Positions 27,601 to 36,349 of a stretch of DNA of 64,000 bases are shown in pieces. Location: contig CAXXHO010000005.1 of assembly GCA_963667725.2 (NCBI GenBank), forward strand, positions 1 through 64,000, in the 5' to 3' direction. How positions within the stretch are numbered: the stretch's first letter is position 1; each line of letters starts with the position of its first letter. Origin of the DNA: Treponemataceae bacterium (GTDB lineage: Bacteria > Spirochaetota > Spirochaetia > Treponematales > Rectinemataceae). A program made the position numbers and the translations under genes. The notes under the pieces are model-generated. The model did no database searches, had not been told where the DNA came from, and saw only the letters and a list, made by a program, of their open reading frames with translations.

Positions 27601-30600
27601 CACGCGATCTCTCCGCGTTGCTACAGTGGGGCCCGCGGGTTCTCCAGTTACAGTAGTTCCTACGATGACGTTCCCCAGGTCAGGTGTGTCTGACACGCCC
27701 TCACTCTCCCGCGGCGTTTCCGCGATGACTACTGGATCGACCCAGTACCGCTGGCGCTCGAACGGATAATTGGGCAAGGGAATGCGTCGGCGGTCTTCAT
27801 GGACGTAGAACCCGTCCCAGTCGATAGAGACGCCGTTTAGCCATAGTGAACCCAGAGCAAACAGCATTGAAGCCCATTCTGCGTTGCCTTCGCACGTATC
27901 CGACAACGTTGGAACCGCTACGCACGGCCGGTCTGAGCCGAAGTGTTGCCGGGCGAGCGAACACATGGTGGCTCGAGGCCCGCATTCTAGGAAAACGTCA
28001 TGGCCCATTTCCTTCAGCGCCAGCACGGCCTTAGAGAACTCGACGGTCGCCCGGGCATGATGGGCCCAGTAAGATGGGCTCATCGCCTCCTCCTCGGTGA
28101 TAAGTCGTCCCGTCACGGTGGACACAAACGGCTGCGTAGGCAGCCGCAACTTCGCCTTTGCGATCTCGATTCGCAGCGGCTCCACAACCGGATCCATCAT
28201 TGCCGAATGGAATGCGTGCGAGGTATACAGATGCTGGCAAGCGATATTTCTGGCCTCGAGTCGCGCGCGCAAGGCCTCAACGTCCGCCATAGGCCCGGAA
28301 ACCACGCAGAGAGACGGCGCGTTGTTAGAAGCGACCTGGATGCTATCCGGCAGTACTTGCCTGATCTTTTGTACACTGGTACGCACCGCCAGCATCGCTC
28401 CACTCGGAAGCACCCGCATCAAGCGTCCGCGCTGGGCGATGATCCGGAGACCGTCTTCCAATTCCCATACGCCCGCTAGCGTGGCCGCCACGAATTCGCC
28501 GATGCTGTGACCTGCCATCATGGCGGGCCGAATTCCGAAGCTTTGCCACAGACGCGCGAGCGCATATTCGACTACGAAAATGGCGGGCTGAGTATAGAAC
28601 GTGTCCTGCAGCGAAATCTGCGCGGCCCTTTCGTCCCCGCTTTTGGGATACAGGAACTCGCGGAGATCCACTCCCAGATGGACTTTCAAGATGTCACAGC
28701 AAGTATCCACAACAGCGCGGAACAGGGGTTCCTCTTGATATAGGTTCTGCCCCATATTGACGTATTGTGTACCCTGCCCCCCGAACAGGAATACGACTGC
28801 CGGATCCCGTTTTTCGCAACGCTTGTGGCCGCTCCGTAGTGGGTTCGGCTGCCGCAGAAGCTTTGCGGCTTCCTTCGGATCTCCGGCGACAACAAAGCGA
28901 CGTTCCGCCATCTGCTTGCGCCCGGTTTGCAGCGTGAATGCGACGTCCGCGAGATCCTGCGAGCGGACGGAATCCAGGTGAGAAGCAAACAACTGAATAT
29001 ATGCATCGAGGACCGTGGGCGTTCTTCCGGAAATCGGAAGTAGTTGCAAAGGCCGCGACTTATTCCCTGGCTGCCAGACTGGCGCCTCTTCCAAAATCAC
29101 GTGAACATTCGTTCCGCCAAAGCCGAACGAACTCACCGCGGTCCGCCGAGGCGTCTCCCCACGACGGTACGGTATCAAATGATTCGCAACTTTGAACGGA
29201 CTGTTCTCGAAATCGATTCGAGGGTTCGGCGTCTTGTAGTGTAGAGTGGCAGGAATCTCTTCCCGATGCAGAACCATCGCGGCTTTGATGAGGCCTGCTA
29301 CTCCCGCGGCATTCGTGGGATGCCCGATATTGCCCTTGATGGATCCTATAAAACAGAACTGCTTCTTTTGCGTCTTTCTTTCGAAAACCTTGCGAAGCGC
29401 CTCGATCTCAATCGGATCCCCGACAGGCGTCCCCGTGCCATGCGCTTCGATGTACCCGATTGTTTCGACATCGACATTCGCACGTGCCTGCGCGATTGCA
29501 ATCGCTTCCGCCTGTCCTTCCACGCTCGGCGCGAGAAATGAAGCCGGCCGTGCGCCGTTATTGTTCTTTCCCGATCCTTTCACCACAGCATAAATCGTGT
29601 CACCGTCCGCGATGGCCTCCGATAGTCGCTTCAGCACCACCAGACCTGCGCCGTCGCAGAACATCGTCCCCGTGGCACCCGCATCAAAGGGCCGGCAGTG
29701 TCCGTCCTTCGCGAACGTGCCACCTTCTGTGTAAGGGAAACCGCTCCTTTGTGGTACTGTGATGTCTATGCCGCCCGCAAGCGCTATGTCGCATTCGTAG
29801 TCCAGCAAAGCCCGATAAGCCTGATCCACCGCCAGTAAGGTTGTAGAGCACGCGGTGTTGAGACTGACAGCCGGACCATGTAGGTCCAGAAAGTACGCCG
29901 CTCGCAGAGCAATGTAATCTTTCTGGTTCCCATATTCCACCGCCAGCTTGCCCGCCCTAGCTATCAGGTCCGGATGTGTAAGCAAGTTCGTCGTATAATA
30001 GTGATTGTCTCCGATGCCCGCGTAGACTCCAATGAGACCTTTGTAGCGTCCTGGATCATAACCCGCGTTCTCCAACGCGTTGTACGCCAACTCCAGGAAG
30101 ACTCGCTGTTGCGGGTCCATGACCTTCGCTTCCAGTGAGCTCACACCAAAAAAACCGGCATCAAACAGCTCCGCTCCCTGTATCAGCCCCCGTGCCCGGA
30201 TATAATCTGGGTCTGTTCGCAGGTTTTCGTCAAGCCCGGGTCCCAATTCCTCGGGACCAAAGAACGAGATGGACTCCACCTCACCGCACAGGTTTCTCCA
30301 CAATTGGTCGAGGTTGTCCGCCCCTGGGAATCTCCCTACCATCCCAATAATCGCAACCTCTTCCTGCGTCACCTTGTTCCCTGAATGCCCTCTCCGCACT
30401 CGCTCTGCTCTCTGTTCCGCATCTGCCACGAACGACGAGTCCGTCTCCTCGCTGTCCAAAAATCGACAGAGTTGCGCGATGGTCGGGTATTGGAACACCT
30501 TCACTAGAGGGAGTTCTCTCCCAAATCTGGAGTGATATTCGCTTGCCATGTGAACGGCCGCCAGCGAGTTGCCTCCGACGTCGAAAAAACTGTCGTCAAT

Positions 30601-32235
30601 CCCGATCTGGTCGAGGTGCAGCAGTTCACACCATAGCGCTGCCAATCGTCTTTCCAGCGCTGTTTGCGGCGTGACGTACTCACATGCCCGCGGCGGCCTC
30701 GTCCTTGCCGGAGCCGGAAGAGCCTTGCGATCTAGTTTTGCGTTTGGCGTCCTCGGAAATTCTTTCATCCAAACGTACGCTGACGGCACCATGTACTCTG
30801 GCAACGTCGTCTTCAACTTCCGCGATAGGACAAGCGAATTCAAGTCCGGCTGTCCCGTGTAATAACCTACGAGCCTTTTCTCGCCAGGCACGTCTTCCCG
30901 TACGGCCACCACGGCTTGGCAGACGCCATCGATATTGCCCATCGCACTCTCGATTTCCCCGAGTTCGATGCGAAAGCCGTTTAGCTTTACCTGGTGGTCG
31001 AGGCGTCCCAAAAACTCCAGCGACCCATCTGTCCGGTAGCGCACTTCGTCGCCCGTCCGGTACAGCCGAGCACCTTCTACTGCCCGGAAGGTATCAGGAA
31101 CAAATTTCTCTGCCGTCAGCTCCGCGCGCTTCAAGTAACCCCGCGCAAGTCCGTCCCCCCCGATCAGAAGCTCGCCCCGTTGCCCTGCCTCCACCGGCTG
31201 CAAGTTCTCATCCACCACGTAAAATTGCGTATTTGCGATCGGCGGTCCTAGCGATATTCTCTCCGGGGAAGTAATCTTCTCCGTCGAGGACCATATGGTA
31301 GTCTCCGTCGGCCCGTACATATTCCACAATTCGTGACAGCGCGGCAGCAGCTGTTCCACCAAGTCCAACGTTAGGGCCTCGCCGCCGCACAAGATCTTCA
31401 GGTCCTCCTTCCCTGACCAGCCTGTCTCCACCAGCATCCGCCATGTTGTTGGAGTTGCCTGCATCACCGTGATGCCATGCCGTTCCAGGAGCCGCACCAG
31501 TTCCTTTGGGTCCACACTCTCTTCACGCGTCGCTATGACCGTGTGCGCGCCGGCCGTGAGTGGCAACAGCAATTCCAAAATCGAAATATCGAAGGAAATT
31601 GTGGTCACCGCCAACAGTACATCTCGCGTGCGTATTCCCGGCCTCTCCGCCATCGAAAACAGGAAATTCGTCAGCGCCTGTCGCGGGATCATCACTCCTT
31701 TGGGCTTTCCCGTCGAACCTGACGTGTAGATCATGTACGCCAAGTCATCCGGGGTGTTAACGTGCACGCGATCGTCCGCCGGATCCCTCGCCAACGCTTC
31801 CTCGATCTCGTCGAGCACAATCACCCGGGCCTCTGTCTCCGGCAAACTCCCCTTCTTGGCAGCTTGTGTCAGAACTACCGGGACTGCCGCGTCCTCCAGC
31901 ATGAAGGCCAGTCGTTCCTGCGGGAACTTCGGATCTAACGGCAGGTAAACTCCACCGGCTTTCAAGATGGCAAGGAAACAGACCACCATCTCGATGGATC
32001 GGTCTACGTATACTCCGACGACGCGACCGGTAGCCGTACCCTGTTTTTGGAGGAACTGCGCCAGTCGGTTCGCCTTTTCGTCCAATTCACGATAGTTCAG
32101 CCGTTTAGCACCCATCGTCACCGCGGGACTATCAGGAGTCTTCGCGACCTGTTCCTCGATGAGTTCGTGAGGACCCCGGCCAAGAGGATAGTCGCGCTGC
32201 GTCTTATTCCATGGCTGTAGGCAAGGGGAATTCAT
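24676..32235 (-). CDS. Hybrid NRPS/type I PKS: A-T-KS-AT-T-C-T-TE (2519 aa)
   Basis: A: YTSGSTGKPKG, YGPTE, YRTGD, PNAKLDR; T: GGNSL; KS: TACSTT, EAHGTGT, NIGH; AT: GHSIG, HAFHS; T: GFDSL; C: HHVICDG; T: GGNSL; TE-like: GFCMG. Confidence 0.95.
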   Translation of the reverse strand: MNSPCLQPWNKTQRDYPLGRGPHELIEEQVAKTPDSPAVTMGAKRLNYRELDEKANRLAQFLQKQGTATGRVVGVYVDRSIEMVVCFLAILKAGGVYLPLDPKFPQERLAFMLEDAAVPVVLTQAAKKGSLPETEARVIVLDEIEEALARDPADDRVHVNTPDDLAYMIYTSGSTGKPKGVMIPRQALTNFLFSMAERPGIRTRDVLLAVTTISFDISILELLLPLTAGAHTVIATREESVDPKELVRLLERHGITVMQATPTTWRMLVETGWSGKEDLKILCGGEALTLDLVEQLLPRCHELWNMYGPTETTIWSSTEKITSPERISLGPPIANTQFYVVDENLQPVEAGQRGELLIGGDGLARGYLKRAELTAEKFVPDTFRAVEGARLYRTGDEVRYRTDGSLEFLGRLDHQVKLNGFRIELGEIESAMGNIDGVCQAVVAVREDVPGEKRLVGYYTGQPDLNSLVLSRKLKTTLPEYMVPSAYVWMKEFPRTPNAKLDRKALPAPARTRPPRACEYVTPQTALERRLAALWCELLHLDQIGIDDSFFDVGGNSLAAVHMASEYHSRFGRELPLVKVFQYPTIAQLCRFLDSEETDSSFVADAEQRAERVRRGHSGNKVTQEEVAIIGMVGRFPGADNLDQLWRNLCGEVESISFFGPEELGPGLDENLRTDPDYIRARGLIQGAELFDAGFFGVSSLEAKVMDPQQRVFLELAYNALENAGYDPGRYKGLIGVYAGIGDNHYYTTNLLTHPDLIARAGKLAVEYGNQKDYIALRAAYFLDLHGPAVSLNTACSTTLLAVDQAYRALLDYECDIALAGGIDITVPQRSGFPYTEGGTFAKDGHCRPFDAGATGTMFCDGAGLVVLKRLSEAIADGDTIYAVVKGSGKNNNGARPASFLAPSVEGQAEAIAIAQARANVDVETIGYIEAHGTGTPVGDPIEIEALRKVFERKTQKKQFCFIGSIKGNIGHPTNAAGVAGLIKAAMVLHREEIPATLHYKTPNPRIDFENSPFKVANHLIPYRRGETPRRTAVSSFGFGGTNVHVILEEAPVWQPGNKSRPLQLLPISGRTPTVLDAYIQLFASHLDSVRSQDLADVAFTLQTGRKQMAERRFVVAGDPKEAAKLLRQPNPLRSGHKRCEKRDPAVVFLFGGQGTQYVNMGQNLYQEEPLFRAVVDTCCDILKVHLGVDLREFLYPKSGDERAAQISLQDTFYTQPAIFVVEYALARLWQSFGIRPAMMAGHSIGEFVAATLAGVWELEDGLRIIAQRGRLMRVLPSGAMLAVRTSVQKIRQVLPDSIQVASNNAPSLCVVSGPMADVEALRARLEARNIACQHLYTSHAFHSAMMDPVVEPLRIEIAKAKLRLPTQPFVSTVTGRLITEEEAMSPSYWAHHARATVEFSKAVLALKEMGHDVFLECGPRATMCSLARQHFGSDRPCVAVPTLSDTCEGNAEWASMLFALGSLWLNGVSIDWDGFYVHEDRRRIPLPNYPFERQRYWVDPVVIAETPRESEGVSDTPDLGNVIVGTTVTGEPAGPTVATRRDRVTAALLDILVPISGHERAQISTSATFLEQGFDSLSLAQVAFAIRKEFGIKMSFTELMNQFPNVQMVAEHLNNSMADGPSAPPTSLQEIAHVVIERNLRQMELQRTRQPDTNEPTTPAGSAAVIPESVLASGTAIVVSTPSTVPQRGIFFSSRLSDNLSASYNESITLFVKGCVSVPQLTRSLQRLVERHDALRASFDETGSVMRVAPEMELRVPVIDLSGLTRDSERQVRLRELTTEEMARPFALPSGPLFRSQIIVLGRDSAAVIITGHHVICDGWSLDVLIHDWCAFYSEEISGVPSNLGPVSSFASYAAEVVRREHSVKFVDSRRFWANKFAGGLPPLVLPADFPRGARRVSRARRLDRRIAAPIVEKTREMAAKQGCSFFAAILGALSIMLAQVSKQRRFVIALPTADQPAVGKPQLVGHCVGLLPFLVDLQSNESVNEYLTRVQKELGEACDESSFTLVSLLETLRPSTPAQHLSPIPAGLTNVKKFRRHELPQHGFSVDYYANAKTSESFEWYLNAIEDEDGLELHCHYDTGLLKHATVENWLAALEKILVAMAAGPGRAALELAGLTESENVPAPETLFFSIPSAENVEALPAPICDERTTTKYGDTLEEQLRDTWTKILGVNDIGLRDNFFDLGGNSLTAARLFMELKKRFGRNLPISVLLRAPTVEELSALLRTGDSRPWSSLVPMQEQGTKKPFFCVHGAGGNVLIFGDLARQMAPDYPFYALQARRMGPSRKIPRSIQEMAACYLEEIRQVQPKGPYCLGGFCMGGLIAYAMAQILRKEGEEVAFLALIDTYNFRGAGLHRSLREQLLNATEKVTFHLVNLIRLSMKHQLNYLGKKLKVAILRESQKTAARVSNFLRLGRTGIPISDVWLEDRNDKLAFGYVPTPYAGPVTIFKPNRHYSYMRDPQMGWDGVVTGSLKIEELPTAPGGIFVDPYVQVLAEKIKEAIDLAGLQTPMTGSNSRNEW

Positions 32236-32329
32236 TTGATCGCCTCTCGAGCTTGCAGATCCCTACAAGGTACCTTATGCCACCCTTCGCCGGATCGGCC
32301 TCTCTCGAGAGATCCGGTACACGCTTGTC

Positions 32330-34465
32330 TCAACTCAGTGGCTGACGCCCATCCTCGAATTTCTGATTGATGAGCGAAGTCACCAAGTGTAGGTAGTCCT
32401 TCTTCTTCCTCTCCCAGCTATAGCGCTCCACGTACTCTAGCCCTTTCGCAACCATGGACTCTCGCGCACTCCGGTTCTCGATTACCTCCAACATCGCCAG
32501 TGCCATCGCCTCGTCATCCCCCGATGTAAAGAAACGAACGACCGAGTTATCAAAATACATTGAGTCAATCTTAGTTCGTGAGAGTACTACCGGGACCGCC
32601 TGAGACATGAATTCCATGATCTTTGTGCTGTAAGCTTCATTCCCGAACGAATTGGCCCGCTTCGGGACCACTCCCAGATCAGCATTCGCTATCACTTCCG
32701 GGATTATGTCCAACGCGACTGGCCCGAAGAACTTCACTCTTTCGGCCAAGCCTAACTGATTGGCCAACTCGGCCAACTCAGTCCTGGCGTTTCCCCCGCC
32801 TCCGCCCCCGTATAAGTGCAACTCGGCTCCGGGTACGCGATTCTTCAAACGAGCCAACGCCCTAATAGCAATATCCAACCCCTGATGCCATTGGAACGTG
32901 CCCGGGAAGAGGATAACCACCTTGCCGTCAGTTCTCGTTCGGGGCCGTCGATAAAAGATGGCTGGGTCGACATGATTGAGAAAGACCGACGCTTTCTCTT
33001 TGGGAACAGACCGCGAAGTCAGTGTTTCGTACCAGAGATCATTAGAGACGATGACGTGATCCACAAATGAGGCTGAGAGGCTCTCTAACCGTTTGAGTAA
33101 ACGAACATATCGAGGCCTCGCTCCGCCAAATTTGCTCGCGAATAATTCGGGCACTATATCATGGATGTCCAGGATCAGTTTCGCATCAGTCTGTTTTGGA
33201 TACCATGCGGCAAACACGAGAAAGTCGGGTACGTTGTGGACGTGAATTAGGTCATATCGCACTTCGTGGTGACGACGAGTCAAAAAGACCGAAGATGCCA
33301 ACAAAAAGCGCAGTACGCGCCATGCGTATGTCCATTTCCCCTGCTCGTCGCGTTCGCGGTGCTGAATTCGGTATATGGAAACGCCGTTAATTATTTCCGT
33401 CTTGAGTGTGTTTCCCCCGCTACTAAGTGCCACAACATCGACTTGATCACCACTTTTGGCGAGTGCCTCCGCGTATCGTCGAACCCGGTTATCACTTTCA
33501 TAGCCCGTATACGCCAGCATACAGACCTTTCTCCGCGTATTGCGTGAAGCGAGTGGCACACGGGCGGAATAGAAGCGGGCGACATCGCGCGGGCATGCCG
33601 TCCAGATGGCTTGACTGTGGTTTTCTTGCACATACCGCAGAAGATCTTCATACCGAGACGCCGGGTACTCATCTCTGGCTCGTGTCGCCTCATTAAAGGA
33701 CATGTAGTCTGGGTGAGTATTGACCAAGGCCATGCCGCCACGAGCTGCTATCCAATCGAGCTTGCGTTTCCAAGTATCGATATCGTGCTCGCGCAACACG
33801 CCAAACAAGGTAAAGTCTTGTGGGAGGGTATAGGGCAGTTCTACATAGCCATCGCCGTCGCGGCCCGGCACCCAGAAAGGGAAAATCGTCCCTACGCCAT
33901 CCGGTTCAGGCTCGAAGGGGTCGGTGTCAAAGGTAGATGCATCATACTCGACGCCGATCTGGTGTAGCCACGCCAGCCTGTGCTGCATCAGCGGCGAACG
34001 AAAACCGGAAGCATTCCAGCACTCAAGGTATTTCTTGATTCGAACCGCATCTGAAGCAAATCGGTCTTTGGAAGAGTAAAGCTTTCCATCATGTTGCAGA
34101 CCATGTACTCCAACCTCGAAACCAGCTCGATCTAGCGTGTCTCGCAAGGCGTCTGGGACTCGATATTCTCCTTCGGGCACGAAATTGAATGATGAGCGGA
34201 AGCCGTACTTCAGGTCCAGATTCATTAGCGCTTCGACACGCGCCAAGCCCTTGCTTCCCTCAACATCATGAGTGAGGACGAATGCAAAACGCTTGCCTTC
34301 AGGCCAGCCCGGCCAGCCTGGGGGAGTGAAGCCCGCCCTCTCATCGATTGGCCATACGCCGGCATGGCTGGCCCGCCTTCTGGCGGCCCACCATCGCCGC
34401 GCCGTCAAACACAACCATCGCGGTAGAAACGGCTTGACGTTGTAGTACAAAGTCGTGAAGATCAT
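32330..34465 (-). CDS. Polysaccharide deacetylase-like domain fused to GT4 glycosyltransferase
   Basis: N-terminal LTHDVE, EVGVHGLQH, GFRSP, ELPYTL, HPDY; C-terminal DNRVRRYAEAL, IHVHNVPDF, STKIMEFMSQAVPVV. Confidence 0.88.
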   Translation of the reverse strand: MIFTTLYYNVKPFLPRWLCLTARRWWAARRRASHAGVWPIDERAGFTPPGWPGWPEGKRFAFVLTHDVEGSKGLARVEALMNLDLKYGFRSSFNFVPEGEYRVPDALRDTLDRAGFEVGVHGLQHDGKLYSSKDRFASDAVRIKKYLECWNASGFRSPLMQHRLAWLHQIGVEYDASTFDTDPFEPEPDGVGTIFPFWVPGRDGDGYVELPYTLPQDFTLFGVLREHDIDTWKRKLDWIAARGGMALVNTHPDYMSFNEATRARDEYPASRYEDLLRYVQENHSQAIWTACPRDVARFYSARVPLASRNTRRKVCMLAYTGYESDNRVRRYAEALAKSGDQVDVVALSSGGNTLKTEIINGVSIYRIQHRERDEQGKWTYAWRVLRFLLASSVFLTRRHHEVRYDLIHVHNVPDFLVFAAWYPKQTDAKLILDIHDIVPELFASKFGGARPRYVRLLKRLESLSASFVDHVIVSNDLWYETLTSRSVPKEKASVFLNHVDPAIFYRRPRTRTDGKVVILFPGTFQWHQGLDIAIRALARLKNRVPGAELHLYGGGGGGNARTELAELANQLGLAERVKFFGPVALDIIPEVIANADLGVVPKRANSFGNEAYSTKIMEFMSQAVPVVLSRTKIDSMYFDNSVVRFFTSGDDEAMALAMLEVIENRSARESMVAKGLEYVERYSWERKKKDYLHLVTSLINQKFEDGRQPLS

Positions 34466-34580
34466 AAATCCGAAGGGACAGCTCCCCACTACGAGGAACG
34501 AACGGACACTTGTACTCGCTGCATCACCGGTGGTACTGGCCGAGACTTTGGGCCATTCTGGAGGCCAACTACACCAAGGT

Positions 34581-34879
34581 TCACCTGATATTGAATGCGT
34601 TGCTAGTTGCGGATGTCAAGCTGCCATCGGTTGCTCGAAGTATGTAACCAGTTCCCGCTCTGCTAATCCTGCAACCGGCAAACGTTGCTGTGCCGTTTGA
34701 CGCAGACGTTGGGTTAGATGTACAGTCGAGGGTACCCCCGCCGGGGTTGGTGTTGATCGCCAATGTTACGCTGGAGTAGTTATTCGTGACGGTGTTACCG
34801 CCGGCATCCTGTACGGCCACCACCGGCTGCGTCGTCCAGGTTGCGCCAGCCGTACCACCACCCGGCTGAGCGGTAAAGG
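34581..34879 (-). pseudogene. Detached 3' end (last Ig-like repeat) of the giant surface protein gene
   Basis: Encodes AFTAQPGGG..NAFNIR*, continuing ..GPAAKL at 37637 once both IS are removed. Confidence 0.92.
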
Positions 34880-34883
34880 CTAG

Positions 34884-36345
34884 TACTACTGTGTTATAAA
34901 CGGAACAAATTAGTGTAGAATTGTTTGGTGGGCACACCGACCGCGCCAGGCTCACAGCAGAAGCGCTTTGCGGCATACATGGATGGCCTGGCCGAAGCCG
35001 CAGGGCACGCCGATCGCAGCATCCCGCTGAAGAACTACTGCACCGGACTGCTCTTGCCGGGCGAACGTAAAAGCGTCGAGCCGATGGCGGCCCGCCTGGC
35101 TCCCCACAATGTGCGCCGGATGCATCAGTGCTTGCACCACCTGGTGGCGACCGCGCCCTGGAATGATGAGGTCGTGCTGGATCGAGCGTTGGACACCGTA
35201 TTGCCGGCGATGCTGGCCCGCGGTCCGTTGATCGCCTGGGTGGTGGACGATACCGGCTTCCCCAAAAAAGGCAGGTATTCGGTCGGCGTGGCCCGTCAGT
35301 ATTGTGGTCAACTCGGCAAGCAGGACAACTGCCGTGTCGCCGTCAGCGTTTCGGTAACTACGGGAACCTCCAGCATGCCGGTCGCCTTCGGTCTGTATCT
35401 GCCGGAAGCGTGGGCTAACGACAGTCAGCGACGGGAGGAAGCGGGCGTGCCGGCGGAAGTTGAGTTCCGCACCAAACCGGAAATCGCGCTGTCGCAAATC
35501 CGTCGGGCGCGCGAGCGGGGCATCCCCGAAGGGGTGGTGCTGGCCGATGCCGGATACGGAACCGACACGGGTTTTCGCACGGAACTGACGAAGCTGGAAT
35601 TGCGCTACGTAGTGGGAATCCAAAGCACGGCAACCGTCTGGGAACCGGGCAAACAGCCCGAACCGGCGCCACCCTACGCCGGAAAGGGGCGACCGCCACG
35701 ACTGTTACAGCGAGACGCGAAGCATCTGCCGGTTGCGGTGGGGCAACTCGCGCTGTCCTTGCCAGCCAAATCCTGGAAGACGGTGACCTGGCGAGCCGGA
35801 GTAAAACAGAAACTGCGTTCCCGGTTTGCCGCCGTCCGCGTTCGCCCGGCCCATCGCGACTACTGGCGCAGTGAGCCGCATGCCGAGGAATGGTTGCTGA
35901 TCGAATGGCCCAAAAACGAGGCGGAACCGACCAAGTACTGGCTTTCTACCTTGCCTGGGGAACTCTCCATGACCGAACTGGTCCGGATGGCCAAACATCG
36001 CTGGATCATCGAGCGCGACTATGAAGAACTGAAGCAGGAGTTAGGGTTGGGGCACTTCGAGGGGCGCGGCTGGCGAGGTTTTCACCATCACGCCACACTC
36101 TGCCTGGCCGCGTATGGGTTCCTGGTGGCCGAGCGGAACCGTTTTTTCCCCTCAGCGCGTGTCGGCCATCTTGGACTACCAGCCCTGGACTTGCCGCCGG
36201 ACTTCCGGCCGCGCGGCTCGCCTTCGACCCGAGCGGCATAACCCGACCTCAATCGCCACCTTACGCATCCGGATCGCCCGCTATCTCCTGACGCAGTTCC
36301 CCTCCTGCCCTTTCTGCGGATGCCTACGTTTATAACACAGTAGTG
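34884..36345 (+). mobile_element. IS701-family insertion sequence
   Basis: Terminal inverted repeats TACTACTGTGTTATAAACG / CGTTTATAACACAGTAGTG (18/19 match); CTAG on both sides (34880-83, 36346-49). Confidence 0.93.
34925..36241 (+). CDS. IS701-family DDE transposase
   Basis: GERKSVEPMA; VDDTGFPKKG..SVGVARQYCGQLGKQDNC; LADAGYG; RWIIERDYEELKQELGL. Confidence 0.95.
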   Translation: MVGTPTAPGSQQKRFAAYMDGLAEAAGHADRSIPLKNYCTGLLLPGERKSVEPMAARLAPHNVRRMHQCLHHLVATAPWNDEVVLDRALDTVLPAMLARGPLIAWVVDDTGFPKKGRYSVGVARQYCGQLGKQDNCRVAVSVSVTTGTSSMPVAFGLYLPEAWANDSQRREEAGVPAEVEFRTKPEIALSQIRRARERGIPEGVVLADAGYGTDTGFRTELTKLELRYVVGIQSTATVWEPGKQPEPAPPYAGKGRPPRLLQRDAKHLPVAVGQLALSLPAKSWKTVTWRAGVKQKLRSRFAAVRVRPAHRDYWRSEPHAEEWLLIEWPKNEAEPTKYWLSTLPGELSMTELVRMAKHRWIIERDYEELKQELGLGHFEGRGWRGFHHHATLCLAAYGFLVAERNRFFPSARVGHLGLPALDLPPDFRPRGSPSTRAA

Positions 36346-36349
36346 CTAG

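Noticed and set aside
34581..34976. 131-aa ORF as an independent gene
   Set aside because: Its N-terminus is read from the IS701 end; the rest is the severed tail of the giant protein
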